Positions 26,455 to 37,312 of a DNA stretch of 64,000 nucleotides are shown in pieces (the stretch's first letter is position 1; each line of letters opens with the position of its first letter). The stretch lies in NCBI GenBank assembly GCA_964627755.1, contig CAZVIH010000066.1, positions 10,501 to 74,500 on the forward strand, given 5' to 3'. This stretch comes from an uncultured Anaerolineales bacterium (GTDB lineage: Bacteria > Chloroflexota > Anaerolineae > Anaerolineales > UBA11858). The notes under the pieces are model-generated. The model searched no databases. It was not told where the DNA came from and saw only the letters and a list, made by a program, of their open reading frames with translations. A program made the translations under genes and the position numbers.

Positions 26455-27411
26455 ATGAAAGTAGCACTTACTGGATCTATCGCATATGATTATTTAATGT
26501 CCTTCCCGGGACATTTTCAGGAACATATCCTGGCTGATAAATTGGAAACTATCAGCCTTTCTTTTTTGGTTGACAAGATGCTCAAGCGAAGAGGAGGTAT
26601 TGGTCCAAATATTGGCTATACTATGGCTCTATTAGGTGGTGATCCGATCTTGTTCAGCACTGTGGGGCAGGATTTTGATGAATATCGTTCCTGGCTGGAA
26701 GAAAAAGGAGTAGATACCAGTGGAGTGCGTGTAATCGAGGATGATTTCACAGCATCTTTTTTTGCTACAACTGATCGGGATAACTGCCAGATTGCCAGTT
26801 TTTATCCCGGAGCGATGAGCCGAGCAGCGGAGGTTAAACTCACAGCCTGGAAGGGTGAAAAGTTGGATCTGATCGTGATCTCACCTACGGATCCGGCTGC
26901 GATGAATCAGTATATTGATGAAGCAGCAGAGTTGAACATTCCTTATTTGTACGATCCAAGCCAACAGACAGTACGTTTGTCTGGTGAAGAGCTCCGCAAG
27001 GGTGTAGAAGGGGCTTATGCATTATTTGTAAATCATTATGAATTCTGCCTGATTGAAAAACACGCAGAATTATCGATCGATGATATTCAGAAACTGGTCA
27101 AAATCCTGGTGATCACCAAGGGAAATCAGGGATCCCTGATCTATTTTGAAGGGACGGAAGTTGAGATACCGATTGTTCCTCCGGAAAAGATCATCGATCC
27201 AACTGGCGTGGGAGATGCTTTCAGAGGGGGATTTTTAACAGGTATGAGTTATGATCTGAATCTGGAATTGTGTGGAAAGATCGGTGCCCTGGCGGCTGCC
27301 TATTGTCTGGAAACTGATGGTCCCCAGAGCCATTTCTACACACGGGATGAATTTATCCACCGTTTCAGACAGCATTTTGATGATCAGGGGAAATTGGATG
27401 TTTTATTATAG
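26455..27411 (+). CDS. adoK: PfkB-family adenosine kinase (mycobacterial AdoK type)
   Basis: VALTGSIAYDYLMSFPGHF, ISLSFLVD, RGGIGPNIGY, QIASFYPGAM and DPTGVGDAFRGGFLTG closely follow my recollection of the M. tuberculosis Rv2202c-type kinase. Next to ahcY. Confidence 0.8.
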   Translation: MKVALTGSIAYDYLMSFPGHFQEHILADKLETISLSFLVDKMLKRRGGIGPNIGYTMALLGGDPILFSTVGQDFDEYRSWLEEKGVDTSGVRVIEDDFTASFFATTDRDNCQIASFYPGAMSRAAEVKLTAWKGEKLDLIVISPTDPAAMNQYIDEAAELNIPYLYDPSQQTVRLSGEELRKGVEGAYALFVNHYEFCLIEKHAELSIDDIQKLVKILVITKGNQGSLIYFEGTEVEIPIVPPEKIIDPTGVGDAFRGGFLTGMSYDLNLELCGKIGALAAAYCLETDGPQSHFYTRDEFIHRFRQHFDDQGKLDVLL

Positions 27412-27418
27412 GTGTTAA

Positions 27419-28735
<1,317 letters not shown>

Positions 28736-28795
28736 AATTCCTTTATGATTTTAAAATCAAAAATCCTGGAATTTGTCCCAGGAATCTTGATTTTA

Positions 28796-28839
28796 TAGGG
28801 ACGAAATCCTTCTAAAAGGACTTTGTCCCTATTTTTTTT
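28796..28839 (+). terminator. strong intrinsic terminator after ahcY
   Basis: TAGGGAC (28796-28802) and GTCCCTA (28825-28831) with inner TCCTT/AAGGA pairing, followed by T8. Confidence 0.8.
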
Positions 28840-28933
28840 AAACCAGAGTACAATTTTATAAAAAAGTTGGCTTTATCACTACCGGTTGTTTTTTAATTGT
28901 GCTGTTAGGGCAAGTAGTTGTATTGAGGTGATT

Positions 28934-29974
28934 ATGACAGATCTTTCCCGGAAGAATTTCCTGCGTTTTCTGGCTGCCAGTTTAGGTAGTTTGTACCTGT
29001 CCGGTTGTATGGATCAGGATAAATTTCTGTCCAGATCTGGATTACCAGAAAAGATCACTCCCACGCCTTTTTCACCTGGTACCGAGAATACTGCGGAAGT
29101 GGAATCCACTGTTGAACCTGCTGAATCAGCTATACAGGAATCTTCAGCTACCCCCAACCCGATCTTTCCGGATCTAGTTGTAGCTCGCCAGGGAGATCCA
29201 GAGGAGATGGTGCGCGCGGCTGTTACAGCTCTGGGTGGAATGGGCCGATTTGTGAAACCTGGGGATGTAGTGGTTGTAAAACCCAATATTTGCACCTCTT
29301 ATCACAGTTATGAATACGCAGCGACAACCAATCCCTGGGTTGTTGGTGCAGTAGTAAAACTCGCCCTTGAAGCCGGAGCAAAACAAGTCAAGGTGATGGA
29401 TTATCCGTTTGGAGGCACTGCCGAGCAGGCTTACCAGATTAGCGGAATCCAATCCGAGGTCGAAAAAGCTGGCGGCAAGATGGTAGTAATGTCCAATATT
29501 AAATTTATTGAAACAGCTATTCCCGATGGAAAGGATTTGAGATCTGCCCGAATATATGATGATGTGTTACGGGCAAATGTGCTGATCAATGTGCCCATTG
29601 CCAAACACCATGAACTGGCTAGGTTGACCCTGGCGATGAAAAACTTGATGGGAGTGATTTATAACCGTCCTTATATGCATGCCAATCTGGGACAACGGTT
29701 GGCTGATCTTAGCACGCGGGTCCGATCCCACCTTGTAATTGTGGATGCGGTTCGCATGTTAATGGCGCACGGCCCAACAGGCGGGAACCTCGCTGATGTA
29801 AAAAAGGCAGACACGATCATTGCTTCCCCGGATATTATCGCTGCGGACAGTTATGCGGCGACCCTTTATGGTATTGATCCAGAACAACTGGGATATATCA
29901 AAAAAGGTGTTCAAATGGGATTGGGCATTAAAAATCTGAACAAACTGAATATCAAGGAAATCAACCTTGGCTAA
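28934..29974 (+). CDS. DUF362-domain protein with Tat-like signal and lipobox
   Basis: ATG 28934 follows GAGGTG. SRKNFLRFLAASLGSLYLSGC is a Tat-like RK variant plus a lipobox. DUF362 block GDVVVVKPNICTS, TTNPWVVGAVVKLALEAGA. Confidence 0.75.
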   Translation: MTDLSRKNFLRFLAASLGSLYLSGCMDQDKFLSRSGLPEKITPTPFSPGTENTAEVESTVEPAESAIQESSATPNPIFPDLVVARQGDPEEMVRAAVTALGGMGRFVKPGDVVVVKPNICTSYHSYEYAATTNPWVVGAVVKLALEAGAKQVKVMDYPFGGTAEQAYQISGIQSEVEKAGGKMVVMSNIKFIETAIPDGKDLRSARIYDDVLRANVLINVPIAKHHELARLTLAMKNLMGVIYNRPYMHANLGQRLADLSTRVRSHLVIVDAVRMLMAHGPTGGNLADVKKADTIIASPDIIAADSYAATLYGIDPEQLGYIKKGVQMGLGIKNLNKLNIKEINLG

Positions 29975-31577
29975 ACGGGGAAAACCAGACAATAAAGGAA
30001 TATCACCTGCCCAATGGGTGAAAATAAGGAAGATCAGCCAAGTGGTATTTTTTCTTATTTTCCTGGCTCTTTTTTTCTGGTCCAGGCGGGAATTTTATCT
30101 AAATCCTTCTCTTGAATCCGGATTCACAGAAAAGTTGGTCAATATACCTTTGAAATTGGATCCCCTGGTTATGATCGCGCAGGCCATCGCCAGCCGGAAG
30201 ATCCTGCGAGGATCCATGTTAGCAATATTCACTCTGTTTCTAACCTTTTTCCTCGGAAGGGTCTGGTGCGGTTGGTTCTGCCCAATGGGAACGATCCTGG
30301 AGTGGATTCCCATCCGTTCCTGGAAAAAGAACCAGCCTTCCGTGGCCGAATGGTTTCGAGGGATTAAATATGTCCTGCTGATGGTGATCCTGTTTTCCGC
30401 GATATTCACCAATTTGACCTTGTTATTCCTGGACCCGCTAACAATCGGCTACAGAACCCTAACCACGGCTATCTGGCCCGGTCTGGATAAGATTGTGACA
30501 TTTGTAGAGCTGCAATTAATCCGGGTGCCATTTTTATCTGCTGCTGTGGGTGGGTTTGATTCCTTGATCCGTCCCATGATCTTTCCAGCCCATCCTGCTT
30601 TTTACCGGTATGGTCTTTTGTATTCTGGGTTTTTTGTCAGTTTGATCTTGTTGAATTCCTTTGCGCCCCGCTTCTGGTGCCGTTATCTCTGCCCCCTGGG
30701 TGGTCTGCTGGGTTTGCTAGGAAAGGTAAGTCTGGTTGGTTGCGAAATTACTACCAGCTGTTCTACGTGTGGAAAATGTGTTCCTGCATGTCCAACCGGT
30801 GCAATCAAAGATCAGGACAAGGTATTCTGTGATCCAGGGGAATGCACCATGTGTATGGTTTGTGCTGAGAATTGTCCGGGAGATGCTGTAAAATTCCCGT
30901 TTAAAATTTCCAAATTCCTTCGTCAGCCTTACGATATCGAACGCCGTAAAGTTTTATTGTCGATGGGGGCCACAGCAGTAGGGGTGGGTTTGCTGGAGAC
31001 AAATATTGCTGGCCAGGTGTTTGCTCCCAGCCCTATCCGGCCGCCGGGAGTTATGAATGAAAGATTGTTGAGCACTTGCATCCGCTGCGGGGAATGCAGC
31101 ACTGTATGTCCGACCAATGCTATTCAAATGGCAGTTTTTGATGGCGGAGTGGAAGGTTTCTGGACTCCTATCATTGTCCCCCGGATCGGTTATTGTGATT
31201 ATTCCTGTCAGGCCTGTGGCCAGGTCTGCCCGGTTGAAGCAATCCCGCCCCTTTCCCTTGAGGAAAAGCGCAAACAGATCATTGGCAAAGCCCACATCGA
31301 TCAGGACCGCTGCCTGCCCTGGGCCGAAAATCAGGAATGTATCGTTTGTGAGGAAATGTGCCCGATACCAGAAAAAGCCATTGAACTCGAGCTGGTCGAA
31401 GTTCCAGATGGAGAGGGTGGAATTAAGATACTCCAGAGACCAGTTGTGATTCGCCATTTGTGTATTGGCTGCGGCATTTGTGAGAATAAATGTCCGGTAT
31501 CAGGAGAAGCCGCTATCCAGATTAAGGTGCCATCTGCGGGAAACCAGAACGGGCACAATCATCATGGATGGCAGTAA
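29967..31577 (+). CDS. membrane polyferredoxin (NapH/MauN-like N-terminal domain plus six 4Fe-4S motifs)
   Basis: TM helices with CGWFCPMG and CRYLCPLG. Six CxxCxxCxxxCP-type motifs follow (CSTCGKCVPACP, CTMCMVCAENCP, CIRCGECSTVCP, CQACGQVCP, CIVCEEMCP, CIGCGICENKCP). His-rich tail. 8-nt overlap with the DUF362 gene. Confidence 0.8.
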   Translation: MAKRGKPDNKGISPAQWVKIRKISQVVFFLIFLALFFWSRREFYLNPSLESGFTEKLVNIPLKLDPLVMIAQAIASRKILRGSMLAIFTLFLTFFLGRVWCGWFCPMGTILEWIPIRSWKKNQPSVAEWFRGIKYVLLMVILFSAIFTNLTLLFLDPLTIGYRTLTTAIWPGLDKIVTFVELQLIRVPFLSAAVGGFDSLIRPMIFPAHPAFYRYGLLYSGFFVSLILLNSFAPRFWCRYLCPLGGLLGLLGKVSLVGCEITTSCSTCGKCVPACPTGAIKDQDKVFCDPGECTMCMVCAENCPGDAVKFPFKISKFLRQPYDIERRKVLLSMGATAVGVGLLETNIAGQVFAPSPIRPPGVMNERLLSTCIRCGECSTVCPTNAIQMAVFDGGVEGFWTPIIVPRIGYCDYSCQACGQVCPVEAIPPLSLEEKRKQIIGKAHIDQDRCLPWAENQECIVCEEMCPIPEKAIELELVEVPDGEGGIKILQRPVVIRHLCIGCGICENKCPVSGEAAIQIKVPSAGNQNGHNHHGWQ

Positions 31578-31622
31578 TAGAAAATGTCCTTGGCGGGAAT
31601 TTTTGTTATAAATTTTTCTGGA

Positions 31623-32612
31623 TCAATCCAGGGCGATAAAAACCTTTCCGAATCCGAATACTTCAGCGTCAAATACAAATATCAAACCCACCGTATCAAC
31701 CGGGACCTGGAAACCGATCTGTCCCCGGATCCTTTCTCCGGGTTGGAGTTCGTCATCAGGTAAACCACTGTCAATGATCGCTTGAGCCCCCAGGTTAAAA
31801 GTATATTTTTCCCCGGTATTGTCTTTTAGGTACATTTGCACGATACTTGTGATCTCCTGAACGGATTCTCCCTGGTTCTCAACTTGGACATCAACGGAAA
31901 CAAACTTATAATCTTCTTTGGGTTTGACTAGGTCAGTACCTGAAGGATAAGATACTCCTAATACCTGAATGACCAGGCCGGATATTTCGATTTGTTCTCC
32001 AACTGAGTAAATTTCCTGCCGATGAGCTAGATCAAAATCCGCAGGAGGATCCATGGCAACCGGTGTAGCACCCAGATTCACCGAAACTTCACCTAACCCA
32101 AGAAGATTCGCCTCATAAACGAAAACGAAATTAGTCAGATCTTCCGGGACATGAAATCCCACCTTCCCGCGGATAACTTCGCCTGGATTGACTTCACCGT
32201 TAGGGATATTACTGCCGGAAGCGATATTAGCTTTTCCATTGATATTATATTTTTGCCCAGATGGATCCTTTAATGTCATTTGAAAGACTGGCGAGCTGTT
32301 GAAGGATCTTTCCCCCTGGTTAGCGATCATCAAATCCACTACCAGGTACTTTTTACCTTCTTCAGGGGGATTAAAATCGCCTCCTGGGGGTTGGTCCCAT
32401 CCCAGAACGATCAGAACGACATTGTTAATGCTGATGATATCCCCAACTTCATAAATTACCTCCTGCGGTATCTGGGGAGTTTCCTCGTTGGAGGCCTGGT
32501 CGCCAACTCCAATCTCACCGATTTTTGTGGGTTGTTTTTCAAATTGGCAGCCTGTCATCAACATGGTCAGGATCATCAATACTGCGGAAGCTTTATAGAA
32601 AGAAACGTTCAT
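31623..32612 (-). CDS. lipoprotein with two DUF4352-like (Ig-like) domains
   Basis: ATG 32612 lies 7 nt after AAGGA. Lipobox LMTGCQ. Two copies of the pattern KY(L/F)VVD..(I/V)NQGE, PGE.IRG.(V/I)GF.VP. Confidence 0.7.
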   Translation of the reverse strand: MNVSFYKASAVLMILTMLMTGCQFEKQPTKIGEIGVGDQASNEETPQIPQEVIYEVGDIISINNVVLIVLGWDQPPGGDFNPPEEGKKYLVVDLMIANQGERSFNSSPVFQMTLKDPSGQKYNINGKANIASGSNIPNGEVNPGEVIRGKVGFHVPEDLTNFVFVYEANLLGLGEVSVNLGATPVAMDPPADFDLAHRQEIYSVGEQIEISGLVIQVLGVSYPSGTDLVKPKEDYKFVSVDVQVENQGESVQEITSIVQMYLKDNTGEKYTFNLGAQAIIDSGLPDDELQPGERIRGQIGFQVPVDTVGLIFVFDAEVFGFGKVFIALD

Positions 32613-32818
32613 TTTTCTATCCTTAGGTAAAGCCGGGAAATGGGCTATCATTTTATCTGGTTAACAGTCAGGCGTATATATCTATAATACAATCCCTGAA
32701 AAGGTTAAGTTTAAGAATATTTTACCCTCCCCAAGTGGCCGGGAGAGATTTTTATATGGTTGATTTGATCAGAATTAAGTGATTTATATACCGGGGAGGA
32801 TTATCTTGCTCTGGATTG

Positions 32819-32827
32819 TGGTAAAAT
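32819..32827 (+). promoter_or_regulatory. extended -10 (TGGTAAAAT), candidate ppk promoter
   Basis: TGnTAAAAT about 90 nt upstream of ATG 32919. Confidence 0.35.
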
Positions 32828-32918
32828 TTTGTCCCACAGAATAAGAAGTTGTCAAATTTAGCCATATTTTCTAAACCTGGCCGCCTGAACCGGATTTCTT
32901 TGAATTGTGGAGTAAGTG

Positions 32919-35060
32919 ATGGTCATCGACAACATCAAACAGTTCCTCTTAAATCCTCCCAAAAATCTTTCTGATCCAAAATTATATTTGAACAGGGAAT
33001 TAAGCTTCCTGCGATTTAATGACCGGGTATTAGAAGAAGCGCTGGATGAATCGCACCCATTGCTGGAAAGATTGAAATTCTTGGCCATCTTTTCCAGCAA
33101 CCTGGATGAGTTTTTTATGATCCGGGTTTCCGGTTTAAAAAGGCAAATGGAAGCAAGTGCGCATAAAGCACCTCCAGACGGTTTTTTGCCATCCGAGCAG
33201 ATTGCCATGATCCGCCAGCAGCTGCAGCCAAAACTGGAAGAACTATATTGTTGCTGGAAAAATGACCTGCTCCCGAAATTGGAGGGTCAAGGCATAAAGA
33301 TCCTTCATTACAACCAGCTCAAGCGCAAACAAAGGAAGATCCTTAGAAGTTACTTTAAAAAAGAGATCTACCCTGCATTAACTCCCCTGGCATTTGATCC
33401 TGGTCATCCATTTCCTCATATCTCCAATTTATCCATGAACCTGGCAGTAGTGGTGCAAGATCCTAAACACGGCCAGCGTTTTGCTCGTTTGAAGGTCCCG
33501 AAAATCTACTCCCGGCTGATCGCCATTCCGAGCGAGGAAACAGCTGACGAGTTCCAGGAGCTGGGCCTGGATGATCGCTCATCCACCATATTTGTCTGGT
33601 TGGAAGAGGTAGTTAAAGCCAATCTCGACCTTTTATTTCCAGGTTTAAAAATTGAGGCAGCCTATCCATTCAGGGTCACCAGAGATGCTGACCCTGAAAT
33701 CGAAGAAGATGAGGCTTCCGACCTGCTGTCCGCTATAGCAGAAAGTGTCCGGGTTCGGCAATTCGGATCAGCAATCCGCCTTGAGATCGATAGTTCCATG
33801 CCTGTCCAGGTAAGGGATATCTTACAGACCAATCTGGATGTCGCTTCCTACCAGATTTATGTAGTCGAAGGGCCAATTGGTTTGAGTGATGTTATGGAAT
33901 TAATGGGTATCAACAGACCTGAGCTGAAGGATAAACCCTTCAAGCCTTCCATTCCACCTGCGCTTTCAACTGAAGAGAGCATTATATCCGTTATCCGCAG
34001 GAAAAATGTGCTGCTCTACCATCCTTATGACAGTTTTGATCCGGTGATTCGCTTCATCCGCGAGGCAGCCCGCGATCCAGAAGTTCTAGCTATAAAAATG
34101 ACTCTTTACAGGGTCGGGCCAGATTCCCCGATCGTGGCTGCTTTGATGGATGCCAGGGAAAATGGCAAGCAGGTCGCCGTTCTGGTGGAGCTTAAAGCTC
34201 GTTTTGATGAAGAGAATAATATTGTCTGGGCCAAAGCTCTGGAGCGGGCAGGTGTGCATGTTGTTTACGGATTGATAGGACTTAAAACCCATGCCAAGCT
34301 GAGTGTAGTGATTCGCCATGAGCAGGATGGAATCCGGCGTTATATTCATATGGCAACCGGGAATTATAACGCAGTCACCGCCAGGTTATATTCTGATATT
34401 GGTTATTTTACCTGTGACCCTGATATCGGGAAGGATGTCTCAGCGCTGTTTAATGGGTTAACAGGATATTCCCGGAAAGAAGAGTATAAAAAGCTGCTGG
34501 TCGCTCCTGGGGATCTGCAAAAAGGCATTATATCCAGGATCAATCGGGAGATCATGGTTCATCAAAAAAGTGGAGATGGCTATCTGGCATTCAAAATGAA
34601 TTCGCTGGTGGACAATCACTGCATCAAAGCCTTGTATAAAGCCTCCCAGGCAGGAGTTAAAATCGATATCCAGGCCCGCGGGATTTGTTGTTTAAGACCT
34701 GGCGTCAAGGGGATTAGTGATAACATCTCAGTCACTTCGATTGTGGGAAGGTTCCTTGAACATCCCCGGATTTATTATTTCAGGAATGGCGGAGACGAGG
34801 AAATCTTGTTGGGCAGTGCGGACCTTATGCCCAGAAATCTATATCGACGAGTGGAAACGCTATTCCCTGTCGAAGACGAAAGTATCAAGACATCCATCCG
34901 CGATGAGATCTTGAACATTCACTTGAAGGATAATGTCAAAGCAAGAAGAATGCTGTCTGATGGTAGTTACGAAAGGGTTAAACCGGCGGAAAACGAAGAA
35001 AGGTTGAACTCCCAGGAATGGATGATCAAAAACAGGGGTATCTGGCATCGGGCGGAATAG
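32919..35060 (+). CDS. ppk: polyphosphate kinase 1
   Basis: About 713 aa. N-terminus YLNRELSFLRFNDRVLEEA, FFMIRVSGL, two PLD-like blocks including GLKTHAKLSVV and VGRFLEH. ATG lies 6 nt after GGAG. Confidence 0.95.
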   Translation: MVIDNIKQFLLNPPKNLSDPKLYLNRELSFLRFNDRVLEEALDESHPLLERLKFLAIFSSNLDEFFMIRVSGLKRQMEASAHKAPPDGFLPSEQIAMIRQQLQPKLEELYCCWKNDLLPKLEGQGIKILHYNQLKRKQRKILRSYFKKEIYPALTPLAFDPGHPFPHISNLSMNLAVVVQDPKHGQRFARLKVPKIYSRLIAIPSEETADEFQELGLDDRSSTIFVWLEEVVKANLDLLFPGLKIEAAYPFRVTRDADPEIEEDEASDLLSAIAESVRVRQFGSAIRLEIDSSMPVQVRDILQTNLDVASYQIYVVEGPIGLSDVMELMGINRPELKDKPFKPSIPPALSTEESIISVIRRKNVLLYHPYDSFDPVIRFIREAARDPEVLAIKMTLYRVGPDSPIVAALMDARENGKQVAVLVELKARFDEENNIVWAKALERAGVHVVYGLIGLKTHAKLSVVIRHEQDGIRRYIHMATGNYNAVTARLYSDIGYFTCDPDIGKDVSALFNGLTGYSRKEEYKKLLVAPGDLQKGIISRINREIMVHQKSGDGYLAFKMNSLVDNHCIKALYKASQAGVKIDIQARGICCLRPGVKGISDNISVTSIVGRFLEHPRIYYFRNGGDEEILLGSADLMPRNLYRRVETLFPVEDESIKTSIRDEILNIHLKDNVKARRMLSDGSYERVKPAENEERLNSQEWMIKNRGIWHRAE

Positions 35061-35171
35061 TGCCTGTGATCAGCAAAGGACCCTGGGTAGGGGGAATTTA
35101 TGGAATTGACCTTAATTATTTTACAAAATAGCGAGTCGCGTAGAATTTGATCTTCAGGTGATAATCTTCAA

Positions 35172-36707
35172 TCAGGGCTGCGGGGAGGAACTGTCGAAGA
35201 TCACTTCTCTCTGATAAGCTTCAGCCATGAGTGGAAGCGCGTTCATAGTAGCTTGCCAGAGCTCAACAACTGGATATTGATTGGCAATCAAGGTGATTTT
35301 AAGTTGATCCTCATCCCAGATGGAAATAACATCCGTGATATTGGCATTCCGGCCCCGTTCGAGGCATTCCGCCAGGCGTAGAATCGCTGCCAAACGTGAG
35401 AGCAAGACAAGGTCTTTCTTTTTTAATAGCTTTTTATAATCAGTTAACTCGGGCTGGCCTTTGCGGTGGTAGCGGCAGAGTAGGGCGATCAGCGCTGTTT
35501 CACGGGAAGTGTAACCTGGTAAACCGTTATACTCCAGCAGAGTCTGGGTATGTTTATGGTGGCTGCTGTAACTAATAATTCTCCCTAGGTCATGAAGTAA
35601 TGCAGCAGCATGGAGAATTTCCCGTTCCTCTGTGCCGTACCCATGCAGGGGGGCAAGCTGTTCAAATAATATGCCAGCCAGGAAACTCACATGGTTGGCA
35701 TGCTCTTTTTCGTAGTGATAATTCCTGGCCAGATTCAATGCACTGAATCGGCGAACGCTGGGAATGATGGGTGGAACAAGATCAGCCCAGAACAACTCAA
35801 AAAACACTCCTTCCCGGAGGCCACTTACTGAGAGTTCCATTTGATCAACATTCAAGCGTTTCATAACTTCCAGGAGCACCATTGCACCCGGTAAGATAAT
35901 ATCCGCCCGGTCACTGCTGATGCCGGGTATTTTCTGTCGATCTTTTAAGGCCAACTCTTTGAACAAAACAATGCTTTTTTTAACAGATGACTTTTTAAGC
36001 ACAAACCCGTGCTGAGTGCTAAGGGGATATTTTTGCCGGTTGGCTTCAATTAAAGCCAGGTTTCGTATTGTTCCACCCAGTCCAACCAATCTTTGGCCAG
36101 ATTTTTCGGGCAGCCATTTAATAGTATCTAACTGGCGCGAGATCTCCTGCTCGATTGCTCTGAATTCCTTTTTGGGGATTGGATCCCTGGTCACAAATTT
36201 TTCACTCAAAGCCAGCGCTCCAAGCAGGAGAGATTTTCCGCGGACAAAATTCCTCTTCTGAACATCACTCAGCTGGATGCTGCCGCCGCCAATATCCAGG
36301 ATAACACCTTGCTGAAGTTCAATTTCGTTTAATGCGCCCAAGGTATCGTAATAAGCTTCTTTTTCTCCAGCCAGAAGCCGGATGGTTATCCCAAGTTTGT
36401 CTTTGATACGCTCCAAAAAGGCAGGACCGTTGGCTGCTTCCCGCACTGAGCTGGTTGCTGTTGCAAGTATCTGGCTAACATTGGTTTGCTGGCAAAAATC
36501 TTTATAAAGACGGAGTGTAGATAAGCCCCTGTTCATGGCTTCCTCACTCAACCCCTTCTCTGTCAGGCCATGCCGCAGCCGGACAACCTCTCTGACCTCA
36601 TCCACCAGCTGATAAGAAAACCCCAATCTGGTTTCCATGATGATCAAGCGGGTAGTATTAGACCCAAGGTCAATGACAGCGATTCGCTGTGCTGGTGTAT
36701 CGTTCAT
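35172..36707 (-). CDS. ppx: Ppx/GppA-family exopolyphosphatase with C-terminal HD domain
   Basis: IAVIDLGSNTTRLI, DIGGGS and HD block LLHDLG. Start set at ATG 36707. The TTG at 36746 given by the track is possible but adds an atypical 13-aa N-terminus. Confidence 0.85.
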   Translation of the reverse strand: MNDTPAQRIAVIDLGSNTTRLIIMETRLGFSYQLVDEVREVVRLRHGLTEKGLSEEAMNRGLSTLRLYKDFCQQTNVSQILATATSSVREAANGPAFLERIKDKLGITIRLLAGEKEAYYDTLGALNEIELQQGVILDIGGGSIQLSDVQKRNFVRGKSLLLGALALSEKFVTRDPIPKKEFRAIEQEISRQLDTIKWLPEKSGQRLVGLGGTIRNLALIEANRQKYPLSTQHGFVLKKSSVKKSIVLFKELALKDRQKIPGISSDRADIILPGAMVLLEVMKRLNVDQMELSVSGLREGVFFELFWADLVPPIIPSVRRFSALNLARNYHYEKEHANHVSFLAGILFEQLAPLHGYGTEEREILHAAALLHDLGRIISYSSHHKHTQTLLEYNGLPGYTSRETALIALLCRYHRKGQPELTDYKKLLKKKDLVLLSRLAAILRLAECLERGRNANITDVISIWDEDQLKITLIANQYPVVELWQATMNALPLMAEAYQREVIFDSSSPQP

Positions 36708-36822
36708 AAAATCATTGATTAATAAATAAGGGTGGCAGCGGTTCAAAAATACCAGGAAAGCTAATTTCCAGATTGTATGTCATAAATACGTTCCAGTCAA
36801 ATTAGGTTGGATATTTGCTTAC

Positions 36823-36851
36823 TTGACAAACATAGATTCATATGCAATAAT
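36823..36851 (+). promoter_or_regulatory. sigma70-like promoter of the GntR operon (TTGACA-17-AATAAT with TGc extension)
   Basis: TTGACA at 36823-36828 and TGcAATAAT at 36843-36851. AATAATAC direct repeat at 36846-36853 and 36860-36867. Confidence 0.55.
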
Positions 36852-36886
36852 ACTAATGTAATAATACACTAGTACAATAGGAGAAT

Positions 36887-37282
36887 ATGAAATTAAATTT
36901 GGATCCTGAGAGCAGTGTACCTATTTATATTCAAATCGAAGATAGAATTCATTCCCTGATTGCTGCAGGACAAATTCAGCCGGGAGAACAGCTGCCAACG
37001 ATCAGGGAACTGGCTGCAAACATTCGGGTCAATTTGAATACTGTCGCCAGGGCATATTTTGAACTGGACCGGGAAGGTGTGATCTCAACTCAACGAGGGA
37101 GGGGAACTTTTGTAACAGGGGTTCCTGATCAAAAACAGATTGAAAAGAAACGGCAAAAACTACTGCACTCGATTATGTTATCCGCCCTTGAAGAAGCCCA
37201 CCGGCTGGGTTACAGTGCAAAGGAAATCAAAGCAGCCTTCCAGGAAGAGATCATAACTTGGGGGCAAGAAAATGGAAATTAA
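36887..37282 (+). CDS. GntR-family transcriptional regulator, short YtrA-like subfamily
   Basis: 131 aa. wHTH block PIYIQIEDRI, GEQLPTIRELAANIRVNLNTVARAY, GRGTFV. Short C-terminal helices typical of YtrA types. Confidence 0.85.
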   Translation: MKLNLDPESSVPIYIQIEDRIHSLIAAGQIQPGEQLPTIRELAANIRVNLNTVARAYFELDREGVISTQRGRGTFVTGVPDQKQIEKKRQKLLHSIMLSALEEAHRLGYSAKEIKAAFQEEIITWGQENGN

Positions 37283-37312
37283 TCGATTAAATCGTACAGG
37301 AGGTATGGAAAA

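Noticed and set aside
30954-31457. 167-aa minus-strand ORF inside the polyferredoxin gene
   Set aside because: It is antisense to a CDS with six intact Fe-S motifs. It is a shadow ORF without start context.
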